Assembly: GCF_006345805.1 (NCBI RefSeq)
Contig: NC_042997.1
Location: 57,908,001-57,972,000 of the forward strand
DNA: 64,000 nucleotides
DNA from: Octopus sinensis
Taxonomy: Eukaryota
Direction of reading: 5' to 3'
Position numbers and translations under genes: made by a program. This document shows positions 12,634 to 25,019 of this stretch, one piece after another. The number at the start of each line of letters is the position of its first letter. The first letter of the stretch is position 1. The notes beneath the pieces were generated by a model that was not told the DNA's origin, did not search any database, and worked only from the letters and a program-made list of their open reading frames with translations.

Positions 12634-13908
12634 TGTGTGTGTGTGTGTGTGAGTGTGTGTGTGTGTGTGTATTCTCATGGCATATGAAATAATTCTTTTC
12701 TTTTTGGAACACTGGCTCTTGAAAGGTAAGCTATAAATAATAGCGTATAAATATTGGGTTTAAAAATCCCTTTGGATTGAAAATGTCGAAGGTGTCCATT
12801 TGACCATAATGCTCACACGGATGTGCACATACAGATACCTACACGCATACTTATACACCCCGAACTTTACTCCTACATCAGTGTGTATATATACGTATAT
12901 GTTTATCCATGTACATACACGCCTCTATGTGTATGTGTGTTGTGTTTGCGTGCGTGGATGCGTGCGTGTGTATGTGTGTGTGTGTGTGTGTGCGCGCTCG
13001 CATGTATAAACCACAAAGAACCATTCATCGCATTATTAATATTATTACATATATCAGTTCTTGGATACTGCATTACATTTGAATTGCTATGTGGTCTGAT
13101 AGCCGAATCCGTTAGAAGAACTTTCTGTGATACTTACACGATTCTCTATACATAGATACATATATACGCGTGCGCGCATTCACAAACACACGCACACAGA
13201 CACACGCACACACACACACGCACACAGACACACACACACACACACATTTTAAATGTATTAAATTAAAACGCATCAACAGGATATCCGTGGAAGAAAACGA
13301 GTGCCAGGTGATCAGAAATTTTATCACTTCTAGCTTAATTACCCGCGCGCACACACATACATAAACAGACACACACACTCACACACACCTATCTATTTAT
13401 ACACTCATCCATTCATGCATCCAAGTGCGTGTATTTGCGCAGCATTTGTAAAATTTTAATGCAACAGACAAATTATCTATAATAGAGAAAAAATAAACGT
13501 GCATTGTTGTAGAAATTAAAGGAAAACGACTCAAGAGAGTTCAAGATACAATGTATAATCCAATCGTGATTTTAAAATCATATTTGCAGTCATTGGGGTA
13601 GCTGGTTATTTTAGTGTAGTTCCAGGTTAAATCTGATCTAACATCTATTATCAAGACAGTAGTGTAGCAAAGAAGGCGGTCTATCCCGGCCGTCGATTTA
13701 TGAGTGTGTACTGGGGTCTGCAGCATAAGCCTATGAAGGCTTGGAGTCCGGGGATGAGATGTGAAATTCAAGGACTGTCCGGAGCAGCACACACTCTAGC
13801 TTCGTCACTGCATCAAAAGCATTCCTGCCGTGACGTAAGTAATTTCGTTGTTTTTTTGTCAGACGCGGTTTATCTTAGACAACAGTATCTATTGTATCCT
13901 TCCCTCTT

Positions 13909-14261
13909 TTAACCCTTTGACTGCGAAATTAAATTTCATAGTCATTCCCGTAATGATATAAATTATCTATAAAAAAAAAATTATATTTTCTGCTTCTGCA
14001 ATAATTTTTTCAGTATCTTCTGCAGGTATGGTTCTATCTATACGAAGAGTATTTGATTCTTGCTCAGACATCTAACGAAATATATTAAAAAATTAAGAAA
14101 ATCTGTGTCGCTGAGGGGTATCTCCGCTTCTCGCAGCATAAGAAGAACGGGTTTAAAAAATTTTTTTTTTTTTCCAAAGCCGTGGGTGTAAAATCGATTT
14201 CCGCAGGTAACGGTGATAAAATTTTTGGCGGATATCCCCGCTTTCTGCGTTCAAAGGGTTA
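13909..14261. mobile_element. piggyBac-like MITE
   Basis: TTAA-CCCTTTGA ... TCAAAGGG-TTAT termini. Confidence 0.6.
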
Positions 14262-14464
14262 TGGCTAGGTTTGATATGAGGTAGCTTTAACTGCTATTTC
14301 TTGTCGTTTAAGTGAACACGTAGAGGTTTCCTTGTTTGGGAAGTGATGTGACTGCACAAATATCAATCTTGACAACTTGAACTTTTAACAAGACCGAAAG
14401 GCACGTAAAATACACTAAAAATATTGGGCATAGATATAAATGCGTCCAATAACATACAAATAAA

Positions 14465-15100
14465 TATTGGTTTCAAATTTTGGTACCAGGCCAGGAATTT
14501 TGGGTGAGATGGGTAAATCGATTACATCAACTCCACCAGTGCTCAGCCGGTACTTATTTTATCGACCCCGAAAGGATAAAAGGCAAAGTCGACCTCGGCG
14601 GAATTTGAACTCAGAACGTAAAGACAGACGAAATACCTATTTCTTTACTACCCACAAGGGGCTAAACACAGAGAGGACAAACAAGGACAGACAAATGGAT
14701 TAAGTCGATTATTTCGACTCCAGTGCGTAACTGGTACTTATTTAATCGACCCCGAAAGGATGAAAGGCAAAGTCGACCTCGGCGGAATTTGAACTCACAA
14801 CGTAGCGGCAGACGAAATACCGCAAAGCATTTCGCCCAGCGTGCTAACGATTCTATCAGCTCGCCGCCTTCAATAACGTATAAATACTGGCTTCAAATTT
14901 GGCATAAGCCTGGCAATTTTGAGGGAAGGGGTAAGGCCATTACATCGACCCCAGTACTCAACTGGTACTTATTTTATCGACTCTGAAAGGATGAAAGGCA
15001 AAGTCGACTTCGGTGGAATTTGAACTCAAAACATAAGGACGGACGAAATACCGCTAAGCATTTTGCCCGGCGTACTAACGATTCTACCAGCTCACTGCCT
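14465..15100 (-). mobile_element. Three tandem Meta-domain-like SINE copies
   Basis: ctggtacttattttatcgaccccgaaaggatgaaaggcaaagtcgac repeated three times; CpGs retained. Confidence 0.85.
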
Positions 15101-15299
15101 TATAATACACCAATATTGATGCATGAAAAAAAGTGAATGTACTGCCTTTTACTTGTTTTAGTCATTGGACTACTGCCATGTTGGGGCACCACCTGAAGGG
15201 TTTAGCCCAACGACTCGATCACAGTACTTATTCATTTAATGTCTGGTACTTATTCCAACAGTTTTCTTTCAACGAACCGCTAGAGAGAAGCTAGATGAG

Positions 15300-16119
15300 A
15301 TTTTCTCAAGATCAGCAAATGCATGTTGCAGCACTTAATGCTGGATCATTAAATAAATGTTTTAATGGTTAGACAGAGGTCCAATGGAATAACTCTCAGA
15401 AACAGACTACATACAAATTCGTTCTTCACAACTCCTGAAGCTGTTTTCAGATGTGATCCATCCCATTCTTATAAAATTAATAACTCTGTTCAAATTGGTG
15501 TGCTAAACACAAATTGTCTTTTCTGTAGACCTTTAAAATTTTCAATTGAAACAAATGGTATGTGCTGCTCAGGCGGTCAGGTAACATTGCCAGCACTACC
15601 AGCTCTTCAACATCTTACGGATCTTCTAGAAGGCATTTCCAGCCAGTCAAAGGATTTTCTGAACAATATCGGACAATACAACTCTGCAAATGACATCGTT
15701 TGGTGCATCAAAGAAGATAGATAAACATGAATTTACGACGACGTCAAAGTTCACCTCATTGGTTCCTGTTACACATAAATGAACAACCACAGTTCCTCCA
15801 AATTTACTTTATGAGTGATGTAGGTGTCAACATTTCAGATGATGGGTCGTGTTAAACACAGCGCCGACTGCTGCAAAAGATAGTATATCCACTGACAGCT
15901 TCTCGGTGCGTTCAAAAATCACATAACCCTGAAAGGTTAAGACCTGAAATACTCCAAACAGACGCATAGCATGTTGCTTAGTCGAATTAGTCTATTTACT
16001 CCACAAATGTTTTGTTGTCAATGCTGCACTTTCCATATCACCTGTTTCAACATAACTGTAATATATTATATTCAAACTAGGCTATTTTAATCCTGAGCAA
16101 CGCCGGGTATCTCTGCTAG
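15300..16119 (+). mobile_element. Internally deleted Helitron with a Rep N-terminal fragment
   Basis: ORF 15365-15724 contains CLFCRPLKFSIETNGMCCSGGQVTLP...LLEG...SKDFLNNIGQYNSA, with MTSFGA following in a shifted frame (Helitron RepHel N-terminal signature); 3' end gcaacgccgggtatctctgCTAG|T at 16119. Confidence 0.85.
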
Positions 16120-16130
16120 TATATATATAT

Positions 16131-16189
<59 letters not shown>

Positions 16190-16197
<8 letters not shown>

Positions 16198-16700
16198 TTA
16201 ATAAATAAAATAAAGCATATGCATATATATAAACATATATGTACGTACCTACCTCTACATGTACATATACACGCATATATGAGTACAGGACACCGAAAGG
16301 ACGTCGAACACAATGAGAAACGAAAACATAGACACAAACCAAAGGAACTGGACATTTTTTTAAACAACAACAAAAAAATAGAGTACAGGACAATTAACAC
16401 AAAGAAAAAACCCCTTCTTCAGTCGCTATGGTTTCATCTACTCTACGTATCGAAGGATAAAAGCGAGACGTATCTTCGACAAGAAACTTTCCTTCCTGCG
16501 AAAAGCAAATCAATTAAAATTCTGAGATCTTTCCGCAGAGGGGTAAAAAAATGGTGACAAAAACAGGACAGTAACGACAGTACAAATTATAAACAGTAAA
16601 AGACAGGACAAGGAAAAACAAGATAAGAAGGGCTGTTAACGCCGAACGAAAAAAAGTATTGCGAACGCGGATTTTTTTATGAACGACGAGCGGAGCAAAA
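16190..16700. repeat. Interspersed repeat resembling cephalopod Penelope-like terminal repeats
   Basis: About 260 bp (16193-16450) is shared with 17680-17930; the class assignment is from recollection of similar elements and is not verified. Confidence 0.5.
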
Positions 16701-16980
16701 AGAATTATCGTCCATACCTTGAGAGGGCCAGGCCAGAAAGACGGCAGCAGAAGTCTCGTCGCGGGTCAACGACGGGAGGAGGGAGGAGGAGCAAGAGAAA
16801 GGGAGAGAAGAAGGGGAATGGCTGCGAGGAAACCATGAAGAATAGAGAGGGGGAGAGAGAGAGTGAAGAATGAGAGAGAGGAAGAGACAAGTTAAGTAGA
16901 GGAAAAGGAAATCAAAGAATGAAGGCTGAGAATGGGATGGGACAGAAAGGTTAAGAGTGCGCATCAAAGTTAATATCACG

Positions 16981-17012
<32 letters not shown>

Positions 17013-17238
17013 CTGAAAGATGCCCGTCTCATATATATGTATGTATCTGTGTTTGTCCTCCCGGTTTGTCAACCGATGTTAGTGTGTTTAAGTCCCCGTA
17101 ACTTAGCGGTTTGGCTAAAGAGTCCGATAAAATAAGTATTAGGCTTACAAAATTAAATACTGGAGAGGATTTGTTCGACTAAAAGCAGTGCTCGGGCATG
17201 GCTGCGATCAAATGACTGAAACAAGTAAAAGAATGAAA

Positions 17239-17271
<33 letters not shown>

Positions 17272-17569
17272 AAAAGAGAGAGAGAGAGGGAGAGGGAGGG
17301 AGAAAGCGACAGATGTATGTATTTATTGCATATATATATATACACATGTAATATATGTTATAAAATTTTTAACATCTCTATCTTTGTTGAGTTTATATAG
17401 GACTGCGTTTTGTAAATGCTCACAATACACCTATAAATGCTTATAATACAAGGGTGGGCGGGTCGAGAGCGAGTGTCTGTATGTGCTCGTGCACCTAATA
17501 ACCATTAGCAAAAGCGTACTTCATTGTGATACTAAGTCATCCTCGAATGTGAGTTAAGGCTGTAATTAT

Positions 17570-17627
17570 ATTGTACACACACATGCATTTATAGATAGAT
17601 AAATATATAAACATATGTATATATATA

Positions 17628-17684
<57 letters not shown>

Positions 17685-17935
17685 TTAATAAATAAAATAA
17701 AGCATATGCATATATATAACATATATGTACGTACCTACATCTACATGTATATATACATGCATATCTGGGTACAGGACACCAAAAAAAACGTCGAACACAA
17801 TGAGAAACGAAAACAAACACAAAACCAAGGAACTGGACATTTTTCTTAAACAACGAAAAAATAGAGTACAGGACAAATAACACAAGGAAAATTCCTCTTC
17901 TTCAGTCGCCATGGTTTCATCTACTCCGCGTATGC
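17570..17935. repeat. Second copy of the 16.2-kb repeat
   Basis: aaatattaataaataaaataaagcatatgc...cttcttcagtcgc..atggtttcatctactc matches 16193-16450. Confidence 0.8.
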
Positions 17936-18472
17936 ATCCACGCCCACCCACACACACTAAAACAAAGGTAGCCGCGATTGTCAAAGCCGATATTTCCCCC
18001 GGCTTTCTGCTCTTGAGTTCCAATCCCGCCGTTAGTAACTTTACTTTTCATCTACTCAGGACGATAACCATAGTATCAGCTCAATGCTGATTCAGCTTTC
18101 TCTCTCTTCACCTATCACGTCCTGGATTCTCCGTCTTGTACAAGGGTGGGCGGGTCGAGAGAGAGAGCGAGTCTATTTCTGCTCGTGCAACTAATAACCA
18201 TTAGCGAAAGCGTACTTCATACTAAGTCATCCTCGAATGTGAGTTAAGGCTGTAGTTATATTGTGATATCCTTTCTACTATAGGCACAAAAACCTGAAAT
18301 TTTTTTTTGGGGGGGGGGGGGGCAAGTCGATATGATCGACCCCAGTGCAAAGTCGACCTCGGCGGAATTTGAACTCAGAACGGAGCGACGGGAGAAATAC
18401 TGCTAAGCATTTCGTCCAGCGTGCTAACACTTTTGCCGGCTCGTCGCCTTTTTAAGTTCATTGATTACATGT

Positions 18473-18895
<423 letters not shown>

Positions 18896-18954
18896 GTGTG
18901 TGTGAGTATGTGTGCGCGCGCTCGCAGGTGTTCGTGGTTGTGCGTGCGTGTGTA

Positions 18955-19340
18955 TTTAGCTTTTACTTGTTTCAGTCATTGGACTGCGGCCATGCTGAAG
19001 CACCGCTTGGGAGTGTTTGGTCGAACTAATCCGCCCCAGTACTTATTATTGTTAAAGCCTGGTCACTTATACCATTAGCTTGTTTTGCTGAACCGTTATG
19101 TTACGGGAACATAAACAAACCAATACCAGCTGTCAGGTGGTGGGGGAGGACACACACACACCACACACACGCAATTACGACGGGCTTCGTTCAGTTTCTG
19201 TCAGCTAAATCAACTCACAAGTTTCTGCTCAGCTCGAGGCTATAGTAGAAGTCACTTGCCCAAGATGCCGCGCAGTGGGATAGAACCCAATATCACATGA
19301 CTGGGAACCAAATTTCTCAACCACACAGCCACGCCTGCGC

Positions 19341-19345
<5 letters not shown>
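18955..19345 (-). mobile_element. CORE-like tRNA-derived SINE
   Basis: Reverse complement of the 53245-53638 family (cacttgcccaag, ctatagtagaag, gacgggctt). Confidence 0.85.
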
Positions 19346-19382
<37 letters not shown>

Positions 19383-20367
19383 ATACACCCACACAGGCGT
19401 GCATACATGTACACACGTGTGTGTGATTATATATAGTTGATCTAAAAAAGGATTTTTTAATACGGTCTTGGTTGCTAATAAACAAAATATTTAGTTATAT
19501 CTTTTCCATAGCAACACCTCCTGCATTATGAGATGTTCAGTAATTGTATTTTCGGTAATGAAACATGAAGGCTTCACTGCTATCATGTGTAACACGTTCA
19601 ACTAGTCGTCTGCCACAAAATTTCCTTATTGATTCTAAAAGCAATGCTCATTGCGCTTCTCGACACCACCATCATCTCTGTAGACGATCGAATTTCTGCG
19701 TCACACATCCCTCCTTTTTCTCTATCTGTATGTCTTCTGCTTTTTCTTTCCATGTCTCTTCTCTGCTCTGTTCTGCTCTCCTAACACCCTAACTCTCCGA
19801 ACACTCTTTGTCACTCCTCTCTTTATGCGACTCTTTCTTCCATCATATAGCTCACCCTCTCTTTTTCTCTGTAGGTCTTCCTAATTTCCCCTGTTTCTCT
19901 TAACGCTATCCATTGATTACTATTTTTTCATTATCGCTCGTCAGTCTCTTTCTCTCCCCGTTTCTCTTAGTATTTATCTCTCAACCCCTCTATCATATTG
20001 TTTCGGTCTAACCCTGCTCTCGCTTTCTTATTTCTAAATTCTCCACTCCCTTCCCATCCTATTCTCCATTCTAGTAAAACTTCCAACCCTCATCCCTCTT
20101 TTCCTTTTTACATATTTGCATAAATATAAATCTATTATCTTTTCATAACTCCTCCTCTTCTCTATCCCCCTGCCTCTCATTGTACCTCTATCTCTTCTGC
20201 TGTATTCCTACCTCTCTTTATTTCTATTCCTCTCTACCTTATTCACTACCTCTGCCTACCTCTAAAATCACTTTCTCCATCTCTCAGTCCTTCACACAAC
20301 GATCGTTTTGCCGTCCAGTGGTCTGTCCCAGATATCCATTGATCTGACTACAGTCGGGTTTATTCAG

Positions 20368-20403
20368 TATAAATCTCAACTTTGTTATCCCTGACCTTCA
20401 TTC
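20368..20403 (+). promoter_or_regulatory. TATA box plus Inr-like element of the first USP exon
   Basis: TATAAAT at 20368-20374 and TCATTC at 20398-20403 (A is 32 nt from the start of the TATA box); ATG 33 nt further on. Confidence 0.65.
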
Positions 20404-20432
20404 AAACGTCATAGAAAAAGACTACCCTAGCA

Positions 20433-20499
20433 ATGGCACAAGAAAGAACCATTGTGATAGCTGTTGATGGCAGCAGCGATTCCGAATATGCATTCAATT
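20433..20499 (+). CDS. Universal stress protein (USP/UspA-like) coding exon 1, copy A
   Basis: MAQERTIVIAVDGSSDSEYAFN + T|GTAAGT; matches the USP N-terminal beta1 motif (I/V)AVDGSxxSxxA and has a strong donor. Confidence 0.88.
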
Positions 20500-21365
20500 G
20501 TAAGTAAACTACTTTTAATGCATTCACTCTTTTTAATAAGTGTAATACATTCGCATATCCAAGCAACAGAGGTAAGATGTTTTTACATCATAGAAGCTTA
20601 TTCTATTTTCGGCGTTGGTACCAAGCAGTCGAAATAAGTACCCGGAGAGCTGAAATCCCGTCTCTCTATCTTACACATATTTCACTTTACTTAAACTGCT
20701 AAGCTGATGCTTTGAAGAAGGTATGGACGACAGATGACCATTTTTATACATTTTTTAATAAATCAAGGCTGTCTCCAAGCTATAATAAATTATTGACATT
20801 ATTACTAATAGGTTCCCGTAAGTTACTGACAAACCAAAATCGCCACACGTTTTCGATTTTCAATTGCAGTTTCTTCAATATACTCATAATGAGCGTGTCA
20901 TGAATGTCACCCAATCACACTGTCTCTAGGCTTATATAATCTATTCCTGTGGGCAAGTCCTAAAGAAGGCAATTTCAAGAGAAACGACCTGGTTTCGATT
21001 CCCTGTCAGAAACGTTTTAATTTTTCATTCTTTTTTATGTAGTTAGTGCTTTTGATAAAGGGCATAGACTTCCAAACTTTTAATTTTCTCAATTTAAGAA
21101 TTATTTATCATGCTTACGTAACAAACAGTTCAATTACTGATAACTGTCGTTAAGAAACTAAATCAATGATCATATTTCGAATACCAGATATACATTTTTA
21201 CGATTAAAGTTGTAATTTCCAGTGGTATAAACATTAACGCCACACATTCTTATACATCTGTCTTTATACGAAATAAAAATCCTAATATATATAACATATG
21301 TACATACATATACGCACACACACACACATAATATAATTTTGGGACTAAAATTGAAGTGTAGTATA

Positions 21366-21435
<70 letters not shown>

Positions 21436-22426
21436 AGTAATGGATAAGAATACGTCAAAAAGGCGCATAATATAGAGACAATTTGTGCTGAGAGCGAACC
21501 AGCTGGTAGTAAAATCCAACGGCAAATGATGGGAGACAGAATCCAGGTGGTTATTAATGGCATCAAAACATTTATAAAATAGTTATACAGAAATGAAAAT
21601 ACACATATACGTACACACACACACACACACACACAAGCGCACGCACATTCACACATGTATTTATGTATATGTATAATATATACATGTGCACATATACATG
21701 CACACACACATATGCATATATGTATGTATGTGCACATGTATGCGTGTGTGTGTGTGTTGTCTGTCCTCTCATGGAATTAATATGACTATCACTAGCAATT
21801 AGAAAATAAGCTAGCAAAATCTGTATGAAATTTAAGTCAAGAACAGTTTGTAGAACACCACATTTTCTCATTATTTAAGCCAGGGACCCTAAAATAAAGC
21901 TGAAAACCAATCTGGAATTTCAAAGTCCCTGCGGAGTGGGTAACCAAGTTGTTGAGGTTACACTGGGTTTATCCCTATTTTTGAGAAGTACTGGTTCTTT
22001 GTATTGTTGGGAATCTAGCAACCTTCTTCATCATATTTGAACCCAACAAGTGTGCTGACAATCCAGCCATACAAAAACTTGCTCTGTATTACTATATATA
22101 ATATGTATGTATGTGTGTATGTATGCATCTATGTATATATTTATGTCTGTATTTGAGTAAATATGTGTATATGAAGGTGAATATATATATATATATATAC
22201 GTGCATGTGTATGTAGGTAGATGAGTATGTATATATGTGTATATGAAGGTGAATATATATATATATATATACGTGCATGTGTATGTAGGTAGATGAGTAT
22301 GTATGTATGTGTATATATATATATATATGATTAGGTATAATACATAACACTAGGGAATTTGAATTGGTTAACGGAACCTACATAACTGGACATTTCCCAG
22401 ACTGTTTTTTTTCTTCTGAAGATGGG

Positions 22427-22569
22427 CCTCGTTAACGGATTTGAAGTGTACTCATTCCGATCGCGGGGCCTCGACAGAGTCCCGCGTCGTTATTTTTCGT
22501 CACTACCTCCCCGTGCCGGGAGTGGGTAATTTGCGCGCCTGCTGCCTTCCTTGGATGTGGTAGCCGTTT
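22427..22569 (-). pseudogene. Dispersed 18S rRNA fragment (~143 bp)
   Basis: The minus strand reads aaacggctaccacatccaaggaaggcagcaggcgcgcaaattacccactcccggcacggggaggtagtgacgaaaaataac...ggaatgagtacac, a universally conserved 18S segment; the flanks are non-rDNA. Confidence 0.95.
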
Positions 22570-22648
22570 TATAAAACTTTCCGCATTGTCAGAAGCTTTT
22601 TATGTTCTCTCTTTTTACCTTCTTATACACACACACACACATGTATAC

Positions 22649-22681
<33 letters not shown>

Positions 22682-23266
22682 AATATATATCTGTATGCAA
22701 GGCTGTCTCAGCAGCATTATAGTCCCACAGGCAAACCGATGTCTTGGGACCTATAGTATTTATATATATTTATTGACAACAAGGGACAGCATACATAGAT
22801 TAGAATTGGACCCCTAGACTTGTGAGGTACCTTGGGCAAATACTTAGTGTCCTAATACCTTTAGATGGCACTATGTGCATACAGATATATGTATGTATGT
22901 ATGTATGTATGTCATTATTCAGTTTCATTTCAAGATTTCTTGCCAATAATGTATTTACGAAAAAAAAAAAAAAAATAGAAACACACTGAAACATGATTAA
23001 CATCTATTAATCACTAGTAAATTTAAATTAATTAATCATTCAATAAGCAATTATTCAAATGATTATTACCACATTTTATCAAGTAAACAAATAAAATAAA
23101 ATAAAATCTACAGTATTCTCATATGATACCATCAGCACAATAATATGTTAAACAAGCTTAGAGGTTCATTACTAACATGTTGTGTGTGTATAAATGTGTG
23201 TGTCTGTGTGTGTGTGTGCACATGCATTTGTGCATGTATAAGTTTCTCTGAAATAAATTATTATGC

Positions 23267-23267
<1 letters not shown>

Positions 23268-23297
<30 letters not shown>

Positions 23298-23500
23298 TGT
23301 ATGTATGTATGTATGTATGTATGTATGTATGTATGTATGTATGTATGTATGTATGTATGTATGTATGTATGTATGTATGTATGTATGTATGTATGTATGT
23401 ATGTATGTATGTATGTATGTATGTATGTATGTATGTATGTATGTATGTATGTATGTATGTATGTATGTATGTATGTATGTATGTATGTATGTATGTATGT
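23268..23500. repeat. Perfect (ATGT)n tract, about 58 units
   Basis: Directly visible; source of the YVCM/TYIH ORFs. Confidence 0.98.
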
Positions 23501-24567
23501 GCATATATGTGTGTGTGTATGTATTTATACATATACATGTGTGTGTATATATATATATATGTATATATGTGTATCTATATATATATATATACACATATAT
23601 ATGTGTATATATAGACACTCTATACTCTTTGTAGACATTAGACCTGTGAATAGACCTCTAGCTTGTCAAACTGTTCTATTCGTGCAGGCACAGAAAGGGG
23701 ACATTAAATGATGATGATGACATGTGTGTGTAGATATATTAATTTGAGTGTGCCTGTTACATTTAATCTATGTATTAACATATGGCTCTAGCTGTAAAAT
23801 TCTACCTCAGAGAAACTTCTTTAAAGCACAGTCTCCTACAAGAAGTTTCTCTGACCCAAAGTATTGCAGCTAGAGTTGTTCTATGTTAGTACATACATTA
23901 TAAATGTGATACATATTCTCTTGTTGATGTAATATTATTTCACGTGCAAATATTGATTTATGTATTATTAAATACATGCATATATGTATGCATGGGTGTT
24001 TATAAGTGAGTGTGTGTGTGTGTGCATATATGTATTTTTCCTGCCTGGTTCCCAAATGAATCTTCATCAACATTCCAAGTTGTAGACCCATCATCTGGAG
24101 GTGGGATGGTATGGATTTCCATACTGCCTCTTTTCAAGTGGGTGGCTTATGTTTATAAACACTTTCTCAGAATGTACCTAACTACTTACCTACCTACCTA
24201 CTTACTTGCTTACTTACCTGCCTCCCTGCCTGCCTGTCAGTCTGTCTGCTTGTCTGTCTATTTTGTCTGTCTATCTATATGTAGACAAATATATATATAT
24301 ATACACACACACATATATATATATAGAAATATGTATGTAGGTATGTATGTATATATGCATATGCATATATGCATATATACTGATGTTGGTTTGTTTACAT
24401 CCTGTAACTTAGTAATTCAGCAAAAGGACCAATAGAATAATTAGCATGTTTTGAAAAGAAAATATGGTACTGGAGTCAATTCATTCAATTAAAAGTTCTT
24501 CAAAGCCATGCCCCAGAATAGCCACTGTCTGACTGAAACAAGTGAGGAATAAAAGATTATATATATA

Positions 24568-24598
<31 letters not shown>

Positions 24599-25019
24599 CT
24601 CAATATAAAATAGTGTACATTTAAACACAAGAGAACTTTAACAGGTAATTTTACATGCTAGAAGAAGCAGTCAAAATGACCAAAACCACATTTAAGAGCA
24701 ATTTTGAAGGGAATGAAAAATAAAAACTTTTACCTTGTTATTTTTTTTACCGTTATACCTAGGTTTCGAATTTTTTTAGCAAATAAAATAATTTGCGAGG
24801 CAAAATTCTCATCAGTAACTGCGCCATAGCATTAACATATAATTTAGAGACAAATAACACATGTCTCATCATTATATGTTATAATTTTTCAAATTCACCA
24901 CGCAAGCGCAGTTTCAGTCAGCAGTAAATGAAAAATGCCGAACTGATCTTCGAAATGCTTAAATCATATATGTAAAATATATAGGGTAGTGAATATTTTT
25001 AGAAATTTCACTACAATGC

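Noticed and set aside
13541-13912. Overlapping ORFs on both strands and a GTAAGT donor at ~13836
   Set aside because: No recognisable motif and no phase-compatible partner exon; the strand cannot be decided.
17915-18051. Minus-strand ORF MKSKVTNGGIGTQEQKAGGNIGFDNRGY as a first exon
   Set aside because: The ATG lies inside the GAGTAGATGAAA motif shared with the adjacent repeat, there is no good donor, and the ORF runs into repeat sequence.
23145-23711. Long ORFs of YVCM/TYIH, YI, CV, HT or YLSI repeats (also at 12.5, 16.1, 17.6, 21.3, 28.6 and 60.1 kb)
   Set aside because: They are translations of microsatellites that lack stop codons, not genes.
24030-24170. Peptide-like readings on both strands (RGSMEIHTIPPPDDGSTTWNVDEDSFGNQ on the minus strand)
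   Set aside because: No convincing acceptor and only a non-canonical GC donor.
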